A stretch of 64,000 nucleotides of DNA from the human T2T-CHM13v2.0 reference genome, Homo sapiens. The DNA is taken from the NCBI RefSeq assembly GCF_009914755.1, contig NC_060933.1, one strand, 5' to 3'. Shown one piece after another: positions 26,310 through 39,304 of this stretch; within the stretch, counting starts at the first letter, position 1; each line of letters starts with the position of its first letter. Position numbers and translations under genes: made by a program. A model generated the notes under the pieces. That model did not search any database and was not told where the DNA came from. It was given only the letters and a program-made list of their open reading frames with translations.

Positions 26310-27679
26310 ACAATGAGAACATATGGACACAGACAGGGGAAGAACACACACCAGGGCCTGTTGAGGGTTGGGAGGCGAGGGGAGGGAACTTATAGGACAG
26401 GTCAATAGGTGCAGGAAACCACCATGGCACATGTATATCTATGTAACAAATCTGCACATTCTGCACATGTATCCCATTTTATTTTTAAAACCGATAAAAA
26501 ATTTGAAAAAGAAAATTAAAAAAGGATAGTGCATGTTGTTCCTTTCTAAATATTAAAATCCAGTGGTACAAGATTTTTTTGCAAAGATTAAGAGCCAAAG
26601 CAATATTATTGAGGATATAGATATGCAGATATGCAGATACAGGTATAGGTAGACAGATATGTTTATATGTGAGTGTGTGTAACTCTTGTGCTGAGTATAT
26701 ATGTTTATGTCTCCATATTTTTATGAAGAAATTCTCTATTGGGGATTCTATTCTGGACTTAAATCTTGAAGAAAATCTATGAGAGAGAGAGAGAGAGAGA
26801 TACTATATTTCTCTGGAAAACCTAACTAATTCCACTATCTCTGATATGCAGATTCTTTCATGAGGAAAAAAATAGCATAGGAACATACCCTCTTTGTCTA
26901 CTCTGCCTCTGAGATAGTCAGAACCTTCATATGTCCTGTTATAACACATATAATATAATGCATTCTATGCATTCTGCCTTCATTCACATTTTTTTCTATA
27001 TTGATATCTGGTCCATAGTGCCCAGAAACGGAACATGTTCAGAGGCAGTAATAGAATATAAAATTTTACTTCTATATTTTGTTGAATATAAAAGTACCAC
27101 AGAGCCAATAAAAATAGAAAGCTGAAGAGTAGAGGAGAACTCAGTGAGGGATTATGCAAAATTGATCATCATTATGAGTTAGATACTGCTAAATTATTTT
27201 TAAACTTGTTATAAAATTCCTCTATAAATGCTATAAAATGAGTAGGAGACAGCAAATATGTAGGCATCTCAGCCTATGATGGAAGTTATCAAAAAACTCA
27301 GGGTTGGCACTAGGAAGGGAATATAAAGAGGACAGTCAAAGAAATATGCAGCAAAGCCCTTATCTAGTTCAAATGTCAATATTGCTGCTGGCCTTTTCTC
27401 ATTTATATATTAGTTATTGACTGAAAAGAACATAGAGCTCTAAGAAGATGCCAAAATATCAAAGTGTAATACCGTACACTATATATAATCTATGCATTCT
27501 TTTGAAAAAAAAGTGATATAAAACACATTAGTAATGCATTTACTTTGAGTTCTCAATGAATTTCCAGAAATCATAGACTCCATGAAATAAAATCTAAATG
27601 ATTATAATGCTCATAAAATGTAGTTAGTAGGAACTAAGTCAATGATTGAAAGAACTGGATATTGCAAGGAAAATAAAAG

Positions 27680-30020
<2,341 letters not shown>

Positions 30021-31413
30021 GAAATCTGGAAGTGAGACTGCTGATTCAACCAAAAGCTGTAGACATTGTATACAGCTTTCTGTATTTTCTTGTAAGAAAC
30101 AATACAGTAAATCCTGTATTTTAACTATTCATTATAAGTGAGGGCACTTACACAAAATGATACCATATGCTGCTGATATTAATTAACCTGCATTTTTTTT
30201 TAAATCTTGCTACAAAAATTTAGGGAGTCAGTATTTAAAAAGTGCCAATTTAAGCAGCATGTGTGTTAATTTCACTTATGGAGTCTTAAACAGGGAAGCT
30301 TATAATGGAACACTATAATTGAATACAAGGTCAAAACACCATTTTTGGTACTTTTTCAATGTAAACATTTCTTATAAAAGCAGCCATAGGGTAGGCAGCA
30401 TAGAATTTCTTTAAATACTGCGAGTTGAAATACGTCAAAAGAATTTCACCAGCAAACAAATAGTATTATATTTTTTCTCATTCGTCATGCCTCAGAGTAC
30501 CATCATGTCCCTCTTAAACGAAGCAAACGTAATTCCTTATTCTTGTGTTAAACAATACTGGGACTATACAAAGTGTCCTTATCTTAAACAAGGCAGGATC
30601 CAGATATATTTTCCTGCCCCTACATTAAATAGTGCGACAAGCCAATATATCTTAACTGCTAGCGCTAGGAAATGCCTGCTTCCAGAAGATACTATAGGTA
30701 AGTAGCAGCTCCTTTATGACTAAACAGCTTCCTCATCAACAGGCGCTTAAGAACTCTCAACACTTTGAGCCAACTAAACCAAAGTTATTATATCATAAAT
30801 TTGTCCATACCAAAACAGTTTTCTCCTGTAAAAAATCCACTTCAAAATCACCCAACCAAATATTATTTTTTGTTTGCCTTTACTAGCTGGTAAAGGTGTC
30901 CCATATAACTATAAAGAACATTTTAGTACTGTGTAGTACTGGTATAATTTAGGGTACACACTCACAATTCAACAAAGTCCTGAAACAGGTTCATGGTCAG
31001 TTCAAATCTAAAATCATAGACCTTAATGTGGTCATGGAATATTTTATTTATTTTGGTAAGAACACTTAATATTAGATATGCCCTGTTAACAAAACTTTAA
31101 GTGTAAAATACATTATTGTTAACTGTGGTACGATGTTATGCAGCAGATCTCTAGGGGTTTATTCATCTTGCTTGACTAAAACTATACACTCATTGATTAG
31201 TAACTCCCTATTTCCCACTTCTTAGTCCCTGGCAACAACCATCTCACTCTTTGATTCCATGTATCTACCAAATTACATAAATGGAGTCATGAAATATTTG
31301 TCTTCCTGTGGATAGCTTATTTCACTTAACATAATATCCTCAAGGTTCATCTGTATTGTCAGATACTACAAAATTCCCTTTCTTTTTAAGTCTGAATAAT
31401 ATTCCAATGTACC

Positions 31414-31927
31414 TATTGAAAAGGAAAATAACATCTTGAGACCCCAAACTCACTATGCCAAAGGGAAAAGTTAAGCTTGGGGAATGAGTTATGTAAAAAA
31501 CTAACTTCTTGTTCTTCCTAATCAGATAGCTACCAAATAGAAGGCCACATATCTCCCTAGGCATCCTTCTTCACCCTGAAAATATAAATTAACAGCTTAT
31601 TTTCACAGGTAGGGGACAAAGACAAGAAATCATCCCTCTGACTCTGAGACAAAGGTATATTTGGTTTTTCCACTACTCCGTTTATTTTATTTTATGTAAA
31701 ATGCATATTTACTGAGTGTGAGATGAATGCATATTTGACTGTTCTCTTTCCTCTCCTGCCCACTCTTTCCCCTTTAAATGTTAAAGTCCTCAAAATGCTT
31801 TTTCAATAAAGCACAGGCCACAGATTCTACTGTAACTTGTGTCTCTTTTTCCTGGGGAATTCCTCAACTTTGTCAAAATAAACCTCAAAATGGATTGAGA
31901 CCTATCTAAGACACTTTGTTGTTTGCA
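31414..31927 (+). mobile_element. Solo ERV1 LTR, MER4 group (MER4C/MER72-like)
   Basis: aaggaaaataacatcttgagaccccaaactcactatgccaaagggaaaagttaagcttgg...aaaataaacctcaaaatggattgagacc...gtttgca. Confidence 0.8.
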
Positions 31928-32063
31928 GTACATACCACATTTTCTTTATACATCTATTCCATTCATGTGTTGTTGAACATTTAGGTTGTTTCCGCACCTT
32001 GGTTACTATGACTACTGCTACAATGAATACAAGAATGTCAATAGCTCTTTAAGATCTTGATTT

Positions 32064-32704
32064 TGTTACCAGTAGAAGGTATCTGAGTTACTGGTGGTGA
32101 ATTCCTATGGGTCTGCTGCAATCTTAATTCTTGCCTCCTCAGAAGAAATAATTAGACTGAGGGGTATAAGGCAAAAAATAAAAATAAAAAAGAGACAGAG
32201 GCAAGTTTTAGAGCAGGAGTGGAAGTTTATTTAAAAGGCTTTAGAACAGGAAAGAAAGGAAAATATGTTTAGAAGAGACCCAAGCAGGTGACTTGAAGTA
32301 CAAATGCGATGTTTAACCTTTATTCCTAGGACTTTATAGGTTGGCCCCTTTGCCATACTTCTTCCCTTAGGGTGGGCTGCCTACATGCACAGTGTTCTCC
32401 TTACCCTTGGGAAGTGAGCATGTGCATTGTATTTAGGAAGTTGTACGCATGCCCATCTCAGGCTTTCTTCCCCTTTTCTGGTGTAGTGCCACCAGAAGGC
32501 CATTTTGCTGGTGCCTGCACTCAATTAACACTTTAGTGCGATAGGTGTAGACCATCAGGAAATGGCCTCACCTTGGCACCAGCTGCCAATTTATCACTTT
32601 TAGAAAGGCAATGTGATAATTACTGAACTATCACTTGACATTGTTAGTGGATCAGCGGAGAGCCCTCTCCTGCCCTACTCATGCCTGACTAACTACCTGT
32701 AACA
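32064..32704 (-). mobile_element. Solo ERV1 LTR, LTR9-family (HUERS-P3; LTR9B-like)
   Basis: The minus strand begins TGTTACAGGTAGTTAGTCAGGCATGAGTAGGGCAGGAGAGGGCTC. 641 bp. 4-bp TSD ATTT (32060-32063, 32705-32708). Confidence 0.85.
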
Positions 32705-33145
32705 ATTTCAACTATTTTGGATAAACATCCAGAAATGGGATTCCTGGATCATAACTTTAGTTCTATGTTTAATCTTTCGAGTGAATGCCAAACTGGTTTT
32801 CATAGCAGCTGCAGTAGTTTGCATTTCCATCAACAGGGTACAAAGCTTCCAATTTCTTGATATTCTCAGAAACACTTTTTAAAAAAATAATAGCCATCCT
32901 GACGTGTGTGAGGTGATACATTATTGTGTTTTGTTTGTTTGTTTTACATTTCATTTTCCTGATGATTAGGGGCATTGTGCATTTTCTCATGCATCTGTTA
33001 GTCTTTTGTATGTTTCATTGGTGAAATGTCTACTCAAGTCTTTAGGCCATTTTTAAAAACTTAGGTTATTGGTGTTTTGTTGTGTTTTGTTTTATTACCA
33101 TTGAGTTGCAGGAGTTCTTTATATATTTTGGAGACTAACTTCTTA

Positions 33146-33978
33146 TGTAGACAAAAAAATAGCAATAACTCAAATAAAATCAGAAATTAAAAGACGAGAT
33201 ATTACAACTGATGCACAGAAACAAAAAAGATTATAAGAGACTACTATGAAAAATTATATGCCAACAACTTAGAAAATCTAGAGGAAACTGATAAATTTTC
33301 AGAAATATACCAGCTACCAAGACTAAATAATAAGGAAATAGAAAGTATGAATAGATATGTAACATAGTATAGAGATCAAATTAATAATTATAAACCTCAA
33401 CAAAGAAAATCCCAGAACTGGATGCCTTCACTGGTGAATTCTTCCAAACATTTAAGGAAGAATGAAAGTTAATGTCTTTCAAATACTTCCAAAAATATTA
33501 AAGAGGAGGAAACACTTTTAAACCTTTTATATAAGGCCAGTATTTCCTTAATACCAAAGCCAGACAAGAAAATAAAACTACAACCAATATCCCTGATGAA
33601 TATAGATACAAAATCCTCAACAAAATATAAGCAAACTGAATTCAAGAGTTCATTAAAAGAAGTATGCACCATGAGCAACTGGAATCTATCCCTGGAATGC
33701 TGAGATGGTTCAGCATACAAAAATCAATTGATGCGATATATTACATTAACAGGATAAAGGATAAAATCACCTGATCATCTGAAAAGACACAGAAAAGCAA
33801 TTGCCAAAATTCAGCAGATTTTCATGATAAGCTTTCAACAAACTAGAAATAGAAGAAAATTACCTCACTATAATAAAGGTCATATATGAAAAGCCCACAG
33901 CTAATATAATTCTCAATGGAGAAAAACTGAAATTTTTTCCTTTAAGATCAGGAACAAGACAATGATGCTCACTATTGT
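33146..33978 (+). mobile_element. L1 ORF2 segment, inverted relative to the adjacent L1MA
   Basis: Sense ORF2 linker/RT sequence (caaccaatatccctgatgaatatagatacaaaatcctcaac; tttaagatcaggaacaagacaatgatgc) abuts the antisense L1MA body. Confidence 0.8.
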
Positions 33979-34135
33979 CCAATTTAAGATCTACTTTGTC
34001 ACATCTTCAGTAAGTTAGAATTTTGGGGCACATATAACTACTAATCTTAATCATTTCAGAGACTTTTTTCTTTCGTCAATTAAAGGAGTGCAGTCCAGAT
34101 ATTTAATCTCTCCCTGATGTAAATAATGATATCCC

Positions 34136-34546
34136 TTTCACTCGCATCCATGTGAAGAGACCACCAAACAGGCTTCGTGTGAGCAATAAAGCTTTTTAAT
34201 CACCTGGGTGCAGGCGGGCTGAGTCCGAAAAGATTCAGCGAAGGGATATAGGGGTGGGGCCATTTTATAGGATTTGGGTAGGTAAAGTAAAATTACAGTC
34301 AAAGGGGGGTTGTTCTCTGGTGGGCAGGAGTGGGGGTCACAAGGTGCTCAGTGGGGGAGCTTTTGAGCCAGGATGAGCCAGGAGAAGTAATTTCACAAGA
34401 TAATGTCATCAGTTAAGGCAGGAACAGGCCATTTTCACTTCTTTTGTGGTGGAATGTCATCAGTTAAGGCAGGAACCGGCCATCTGGATGTGTACGTGCA
34501 GGTCACAGGGGATATGATGGCTTAGCTTGGGCTCAGAGGCCTGACA
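34136..34546 (-). mobile_element. Solo HERV-H LTR7
   Basis: Minus strand TGTCAGGCCTCTGAGCCCAAGCTAAGCC...GAGTGAAA. Two 31-bp U3 repeats (34402-34432, 34453-34483), TATAAAA (34263-34269), ATTAAA (34195-34200). Perfect 5-bp TSD ATCCC (34131-34135, 34547-34551). Confidence 0.96.
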
Positions 34547-34604
34547 ATCCCTAGTATAAGGTGGACACAGTTAGTTAGTTTTGCTCTTTAATATATTCTG
34601 AAAC

Positions 34605-35835
34605 TAGACCTAGCTACATAATTTGTAGATCCTAGTGCAAAATGAAAATGTGGAATTCTTTGACCAAAATGCAAGAAAAAAAGGACACATATTGTATGTT
34701 TCCATTTATATGAAAGAATCAGAATAGGCAAATCCATAGTTAGATAAAGCAGATTAGTGGTTAGCAAAGAATGCCCACTTAATGGATATTAATGGATATG
34801 TGGTTCCTATTTGGGGTAATAAAAATTTCTGGAACTAGACAGTGGTGATAGTGATTCAATATTGTGAATGTACTTAACACCACTGAATTATGCACTTAAA
34901 AATGGTTAAAATTGTAAATTTTACATTATGTGTATTTTATCAAAATAACATTTTAAAAAGCGGGAAAAATGTGATGATAAAGGTGATAAGTTATAAAAGT
35001 TTTTTCTTTCTTTTGGAGTTCATCTCTCAGCTTGTCATGTGTTTTTAATTTGCTGTTTAATATTATAAATAACAAAAAATCAAAAATTAAAATGATTAGC
35101 ATGAATTTTAAATTCCTCCTTATATTTTTCAATGCCAATCAGTATTCTATAACTCATATATACATAGGTATTTTACCCGTGTCAGAACAGTGGAAATGCT
35201 GAATAAAACTCAGTTGCTTCATTTAATTTGACATGCATACCCTCAATCTTAGGCTTACTGATGAGTAAGTGAGGACTAAAAATAAAATGAACAATGAACT
35301 ACCGTTTCTTTGCCTTTCCTTCTAGGTCATCATCTTCAGCATAAGTGGTTGACTAAATACAGGGAAGAATTATGAGTAAGATAGGATATGACAGGGCTCC
35401 TTGATTTTTCAAGTTTCATAGAACACTATTACCTTCTTAGAACATTGGAAGCCAAAGGAAATGTGGCCTATCCAGACTTTCAGCACCTTCGCTTACCCAG
35501 TGGTAGAAGTAACATGCATTCTTTGTACTTATTTTGAGTCTCACTGAACTCTCATTCACATGTACTTTGGATCCACCACAATTCTGTGCTCAGAGGACAC
35601 TGCAATCCTTATATGTGAGTGGGATGTCAAGGAACTCTACACATGGATCCTGTGGCTATCTCCTTTGCTCAACGTCTATACTCCATTATCTCATCCCATT
35701 TCACTGACAAAACACAAATTTAAAAGTAAAATTAAGTTCAAGATGTTGAAAACAGTCTTCCACCACATGTGGGGCCCTGCTGAGTGTGAGGTTCCGTATA
35801 ACTTCACTGGTCCACTGCCCATGAAGTCAACTTTG
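34605..35835 (-). mobile_element. MER45B/C-like hAT-Tip100 element, interrupted by an L1MB 3' end
   Basis: Ends agctacataatttgtagatcctagtgcaaaatgaaaatgtgg and gtggggccctgctgagtgtg...cccatgaagtcaactttg match MER45 termini. ~960 bp after removing the L1 insert. Confidence 0.7.
34681..34950 (+). mobile_element. L1MB 3'UTR end inserted in MER45
   Basis: cagaataggcaaatccatag...ctggaactagacagtggtgatagt...cacttaaaaatggttaaaattgtaaatttt. Confidence 0.8.
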
Positions 35836-36185
35836 CTCCAAATACATTAGTTTGTATCCTCTTTTTAATCCTAACTTCTCCCATTAAAATTACTCCACCA
35901 CCAAAATATTGTGTCCCCTGCATTTGATTTCATACAGACTCAGGGAACTCAATTTATCAGTTTGAAAGACATGAATTTAATAACATTAAACCAATTTTTA
36001 ACTTCTAGATGATATAATTAATATCCTTTGTGGCTTTTTTCAATTATTTATGTGTTTCAACCCAAAATTAATGACTTTGTAATTTTTTTGTTAAGCTTCC
36101 TCATGTTGACCTTAGAACAGTTACATTATTGAACATTCTGATTCCCAGGTGTCCCCTTTCTTATCATTTAAGGTTGAAATCCTGA

Positions 36186-36525
<340 letters not shown>

Positions 36526-37699
36526 TATTTATTTATTTATATCTTAAGTCAATAATGTTTGTTTTTATTTTCTCCCTATGATTTTCTGATATTAATTTTC
36601 ACACTTCTCATATATTTATTGTGTATTTTTATTTTTGATCTTTAATTGTGTTTATCATCCTATATCCAGATTATTTTAACATCCTTATAATTTATTTCTT
36701 TGTCCTTATCTCGATTACACTCATTCTCCAATCCATACTGTTGCCAAAGGGATAACGTGGCGACATGTATCTTACATGAGTCATTTACTTATTCTAAAAC
36801 TTGCTTTGGTCTTGCATTGTCTGGTACATAAATTCAGACTTAGCTGATGTACTACATCTACTGCATTGAAACACACTATTGAATAGGCAGGATTGATCAA
36901 AGGGAGAGTTACAAAGGGCATTCAATCCCTATAGAGGCTCCATAGAATCTAACTCTAGAGGAAGATACTAAATAATCTAGCAGTCACTTTACTAATTTTA
37001 GTCAGAAATACAGAAAAATTTCTGCAGTAAGAAATAATTTATAGAAAGAAATAGAACAAAATAAGGAAAAGCAGAAACAATAAAATACTTTAGTATCCTT
37101 GCCCCTATAAAAGTGAAGGTCATCAAAAATGAAAAATTGTAAATAAGAAGGTAAAAAGTAATCAGCAATTGCACTGCAGGTACTCCACTTACAGTTGTGG
37201 TGGCTACAGCAACCCTTGACGGTGAAAAAATCACAATGGAATTAGGTAAATCATAATTAGAATTGAAGTCAAACAGAAACATTTAGCATTACTTGTGGTA
37301 AGATCTGTGCAAGACTTTGCAAAAGGACTGTGCCTCAAATAAACAATGTCAACAAAGAAGTTCAGTTTTGTATGAAAATGTTAATTTGAATCTTCCATCT
37401 CACAGTGTATCTAGGCACTCAAGATCCATTTCTTGTCTGCTGAATTTAGCTAATATAAACTGTGTAGTTGCATATTTATGTTGAACCACCTGTTCTATTT
37501 CTCAACGTTGATGCCTAAAGGAAAACTCAAGAAATCTAAGAAGTAATACCGAATAGAAACGTATTCTCCAAGATGTCTTTGTCATTTAGCCTGAGATTGG
37601 AGTACCTGCACCAACCAGCTGCTCACCTTGTACTCCTCAACTTTTCAAAAATGCTGAATCTCCTCAGCGCATAATAGAGACAGAACAAAAAGCCAACAT

Positions 37700-38830
37700 A
37701 AAGCAGACTTCCAACTTTTTATAGTTTCCTCTAGTAGGAAAGATCTTTTCAATTTTTCCTCTATTGTTTCATTATCTGGAAAGCTCCATATCATCGTTTA
37801 AGATCAACACAAGATCACCTCCATTGTGATATCTTACTAAGAACCCTCCTGTCAGGAGTAATTATCAATACTAGGGCTCTACAGTATTCTGTATGCACTC
37901 TAATTTAGTATCTCATTGATGGCATTGTTTTATAATGTCTCTGACCTTTCTCTGATGGGTTTCCTTCTCACTCTGGGTAAAGCTCAAAGTCCTTACTATA
38001 GATGTAAGGTGCTGCATGACCTGGCTTCCAGCTATCCCTTTGATCTCATTTCTTCCCACCTTTCTCACTTTCATGTTTCTGCAGTCAGATTGACCTCTGT
38101 ACTCTGCCTCTTTCTGCTACTCCAGGACATTGGCACTACCATACCAGTCTTTTCTGGTCTTTTCTTTTAACATATTTTCCTTTAGATATATCATTGGTTT
38201 ATTCCTTTGTCCCCCTCTTTACATGGCCTCATCAGAGATCCTTCCTAATCATTTTGCCAAAAATAGGCCTATTCCCACCATGTCACTTTTTCTATTTTTA
38301 CCATCTTTTAGTTTCTCTTCATAATACTTTGTTCCCACAATTTTTTAAAAAAGTTTATTTGTTTGATGCTGTTGTCTATGTGCTCCACCAATACAATGTA
38401 TGCTTCATAAAATAAGGATTTTTTCTATTTTTAAAAATTTTGAGATAATTGGAGATTCGCATACCATTGTAAAAATTGACTGCAGATAGATCTGTGTTCC
38501 TTTAATCAGTTTTCCCCAATGGTGACTTCTTGCAAAATTATAGGAAGATACAACCACCTGGATATTGACATTGGTTCAGTCAAGATATAGAACACTTCTA
38601 TCACCACAGAAGAGAAGGACATTTTTTGTTTTACTGCAATCATTTGCTACCCAGGACTTTTCCTGGAGCACAATAGGTATTCGATAAATAGTTGTTGAAT
38701 AGTAAACACATTTTAATCTCATATTTTAAACTATAGATTCCATAAAGGCAAGGACAGCATCACATCTCTTCAGTGATTGGGCCACCATCATCCATAGTTG
38801 TGAACATATAACAGGGGATTAATAAATGTT
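37700..38830 (+). mobile_element. L2 relics (with a short old L1 fragment ~38420-38610)
   Basis: aaagctcaaagtccttactatagatgtaaggtgctgcatgacctgg and the L2 3' end cacaataggtattcgataaatagttgttgaat. Confidence 0.55.
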
Positions 38831-39275
38831 TATGGAAAGAATAAGATATTTTTCTTAAATTATAAAACACATGTTATCCCTTTATAAAACCTACATAAAA
38901 AGGATATAGGCCACAGATTGAAAAGACTCAGACTAACAAAAATAAAGAAAGATATAGTTGGCACAGAGTTTGTATTTTCAGTTTTCTGTTTTTCTTCCAG
39001 ATCTCAGCTCCATGGACTTGGCAAGCCCACATTTGAATTTTGCCCTTTGATCATCATCAGATCACAAAAGATCATGCTGGTGTCCCTGCTTCTTCCTGGT
39101 GATTCTCTACAACTTCTATAGCTTGTACCACGCCACTTAGAGAAACAGAAAAGTAACTGAAGAGGAATGTAGTATACAGAATGTGAACCATACCTCAGTG
39201 AACATCCCTTCTTTCTAAAATTGTAATTCAAAAGTTCCCTGCTGTCTTCTCTCTTCATACAAACTTGGTTTTATA

Positions 39276-39304
39276 TGTGTGTGTGTTTGTGTGTGTGTGT
39301 GTGT
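39276..39304. repeat. (TG)n microsatellite
   Basis: Seen directly. Confidence 0.9.

Larger units (their letters stand above)
20087..26517 (+). mobile_element. Full-length inactive LINE-1, L1PA8A-like (L1P3 5'UTR)
   Basis: 5' GGCGGGGCCAAGATGGCTG with YY1-type CAAGATGGC (20096-20104), ~1.3-kb 5'UTR, ORF1 and ORF2 remnants, 3'UTR gggaacttataggacaggtcaataggtgc...tgtatcccatttt. Perfect 14-bp TSD AAAAAAGGATAGTG (20073-20086, 26518-26531). Confidence 0.95.
31043..33145 (-). mobile_element. L1MA9-like 3' end (host of two LTR insertions)
   Basis: ttttggtaagaacacttaat...attgttaactgtggtacgatgttatgcagcagatctctag is continuous across the LTRs into the ORF2 C-terminus (YHLTHVRMAII). Confidence 0.8.

Noticed and set aside
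21289-26347. Multiple ORFs as an active L1 or genes
   Set aside because: ORF1/ORF2 are broken by many stops and frameshifts and the RT FADD motif reads LADN. Antisense ORFs are shadows.
37106-37250. TATAAAAG followed by a weak donor
   Set aside because: AT-rich background makes TATA matches uninformative; no other promoter evidence.
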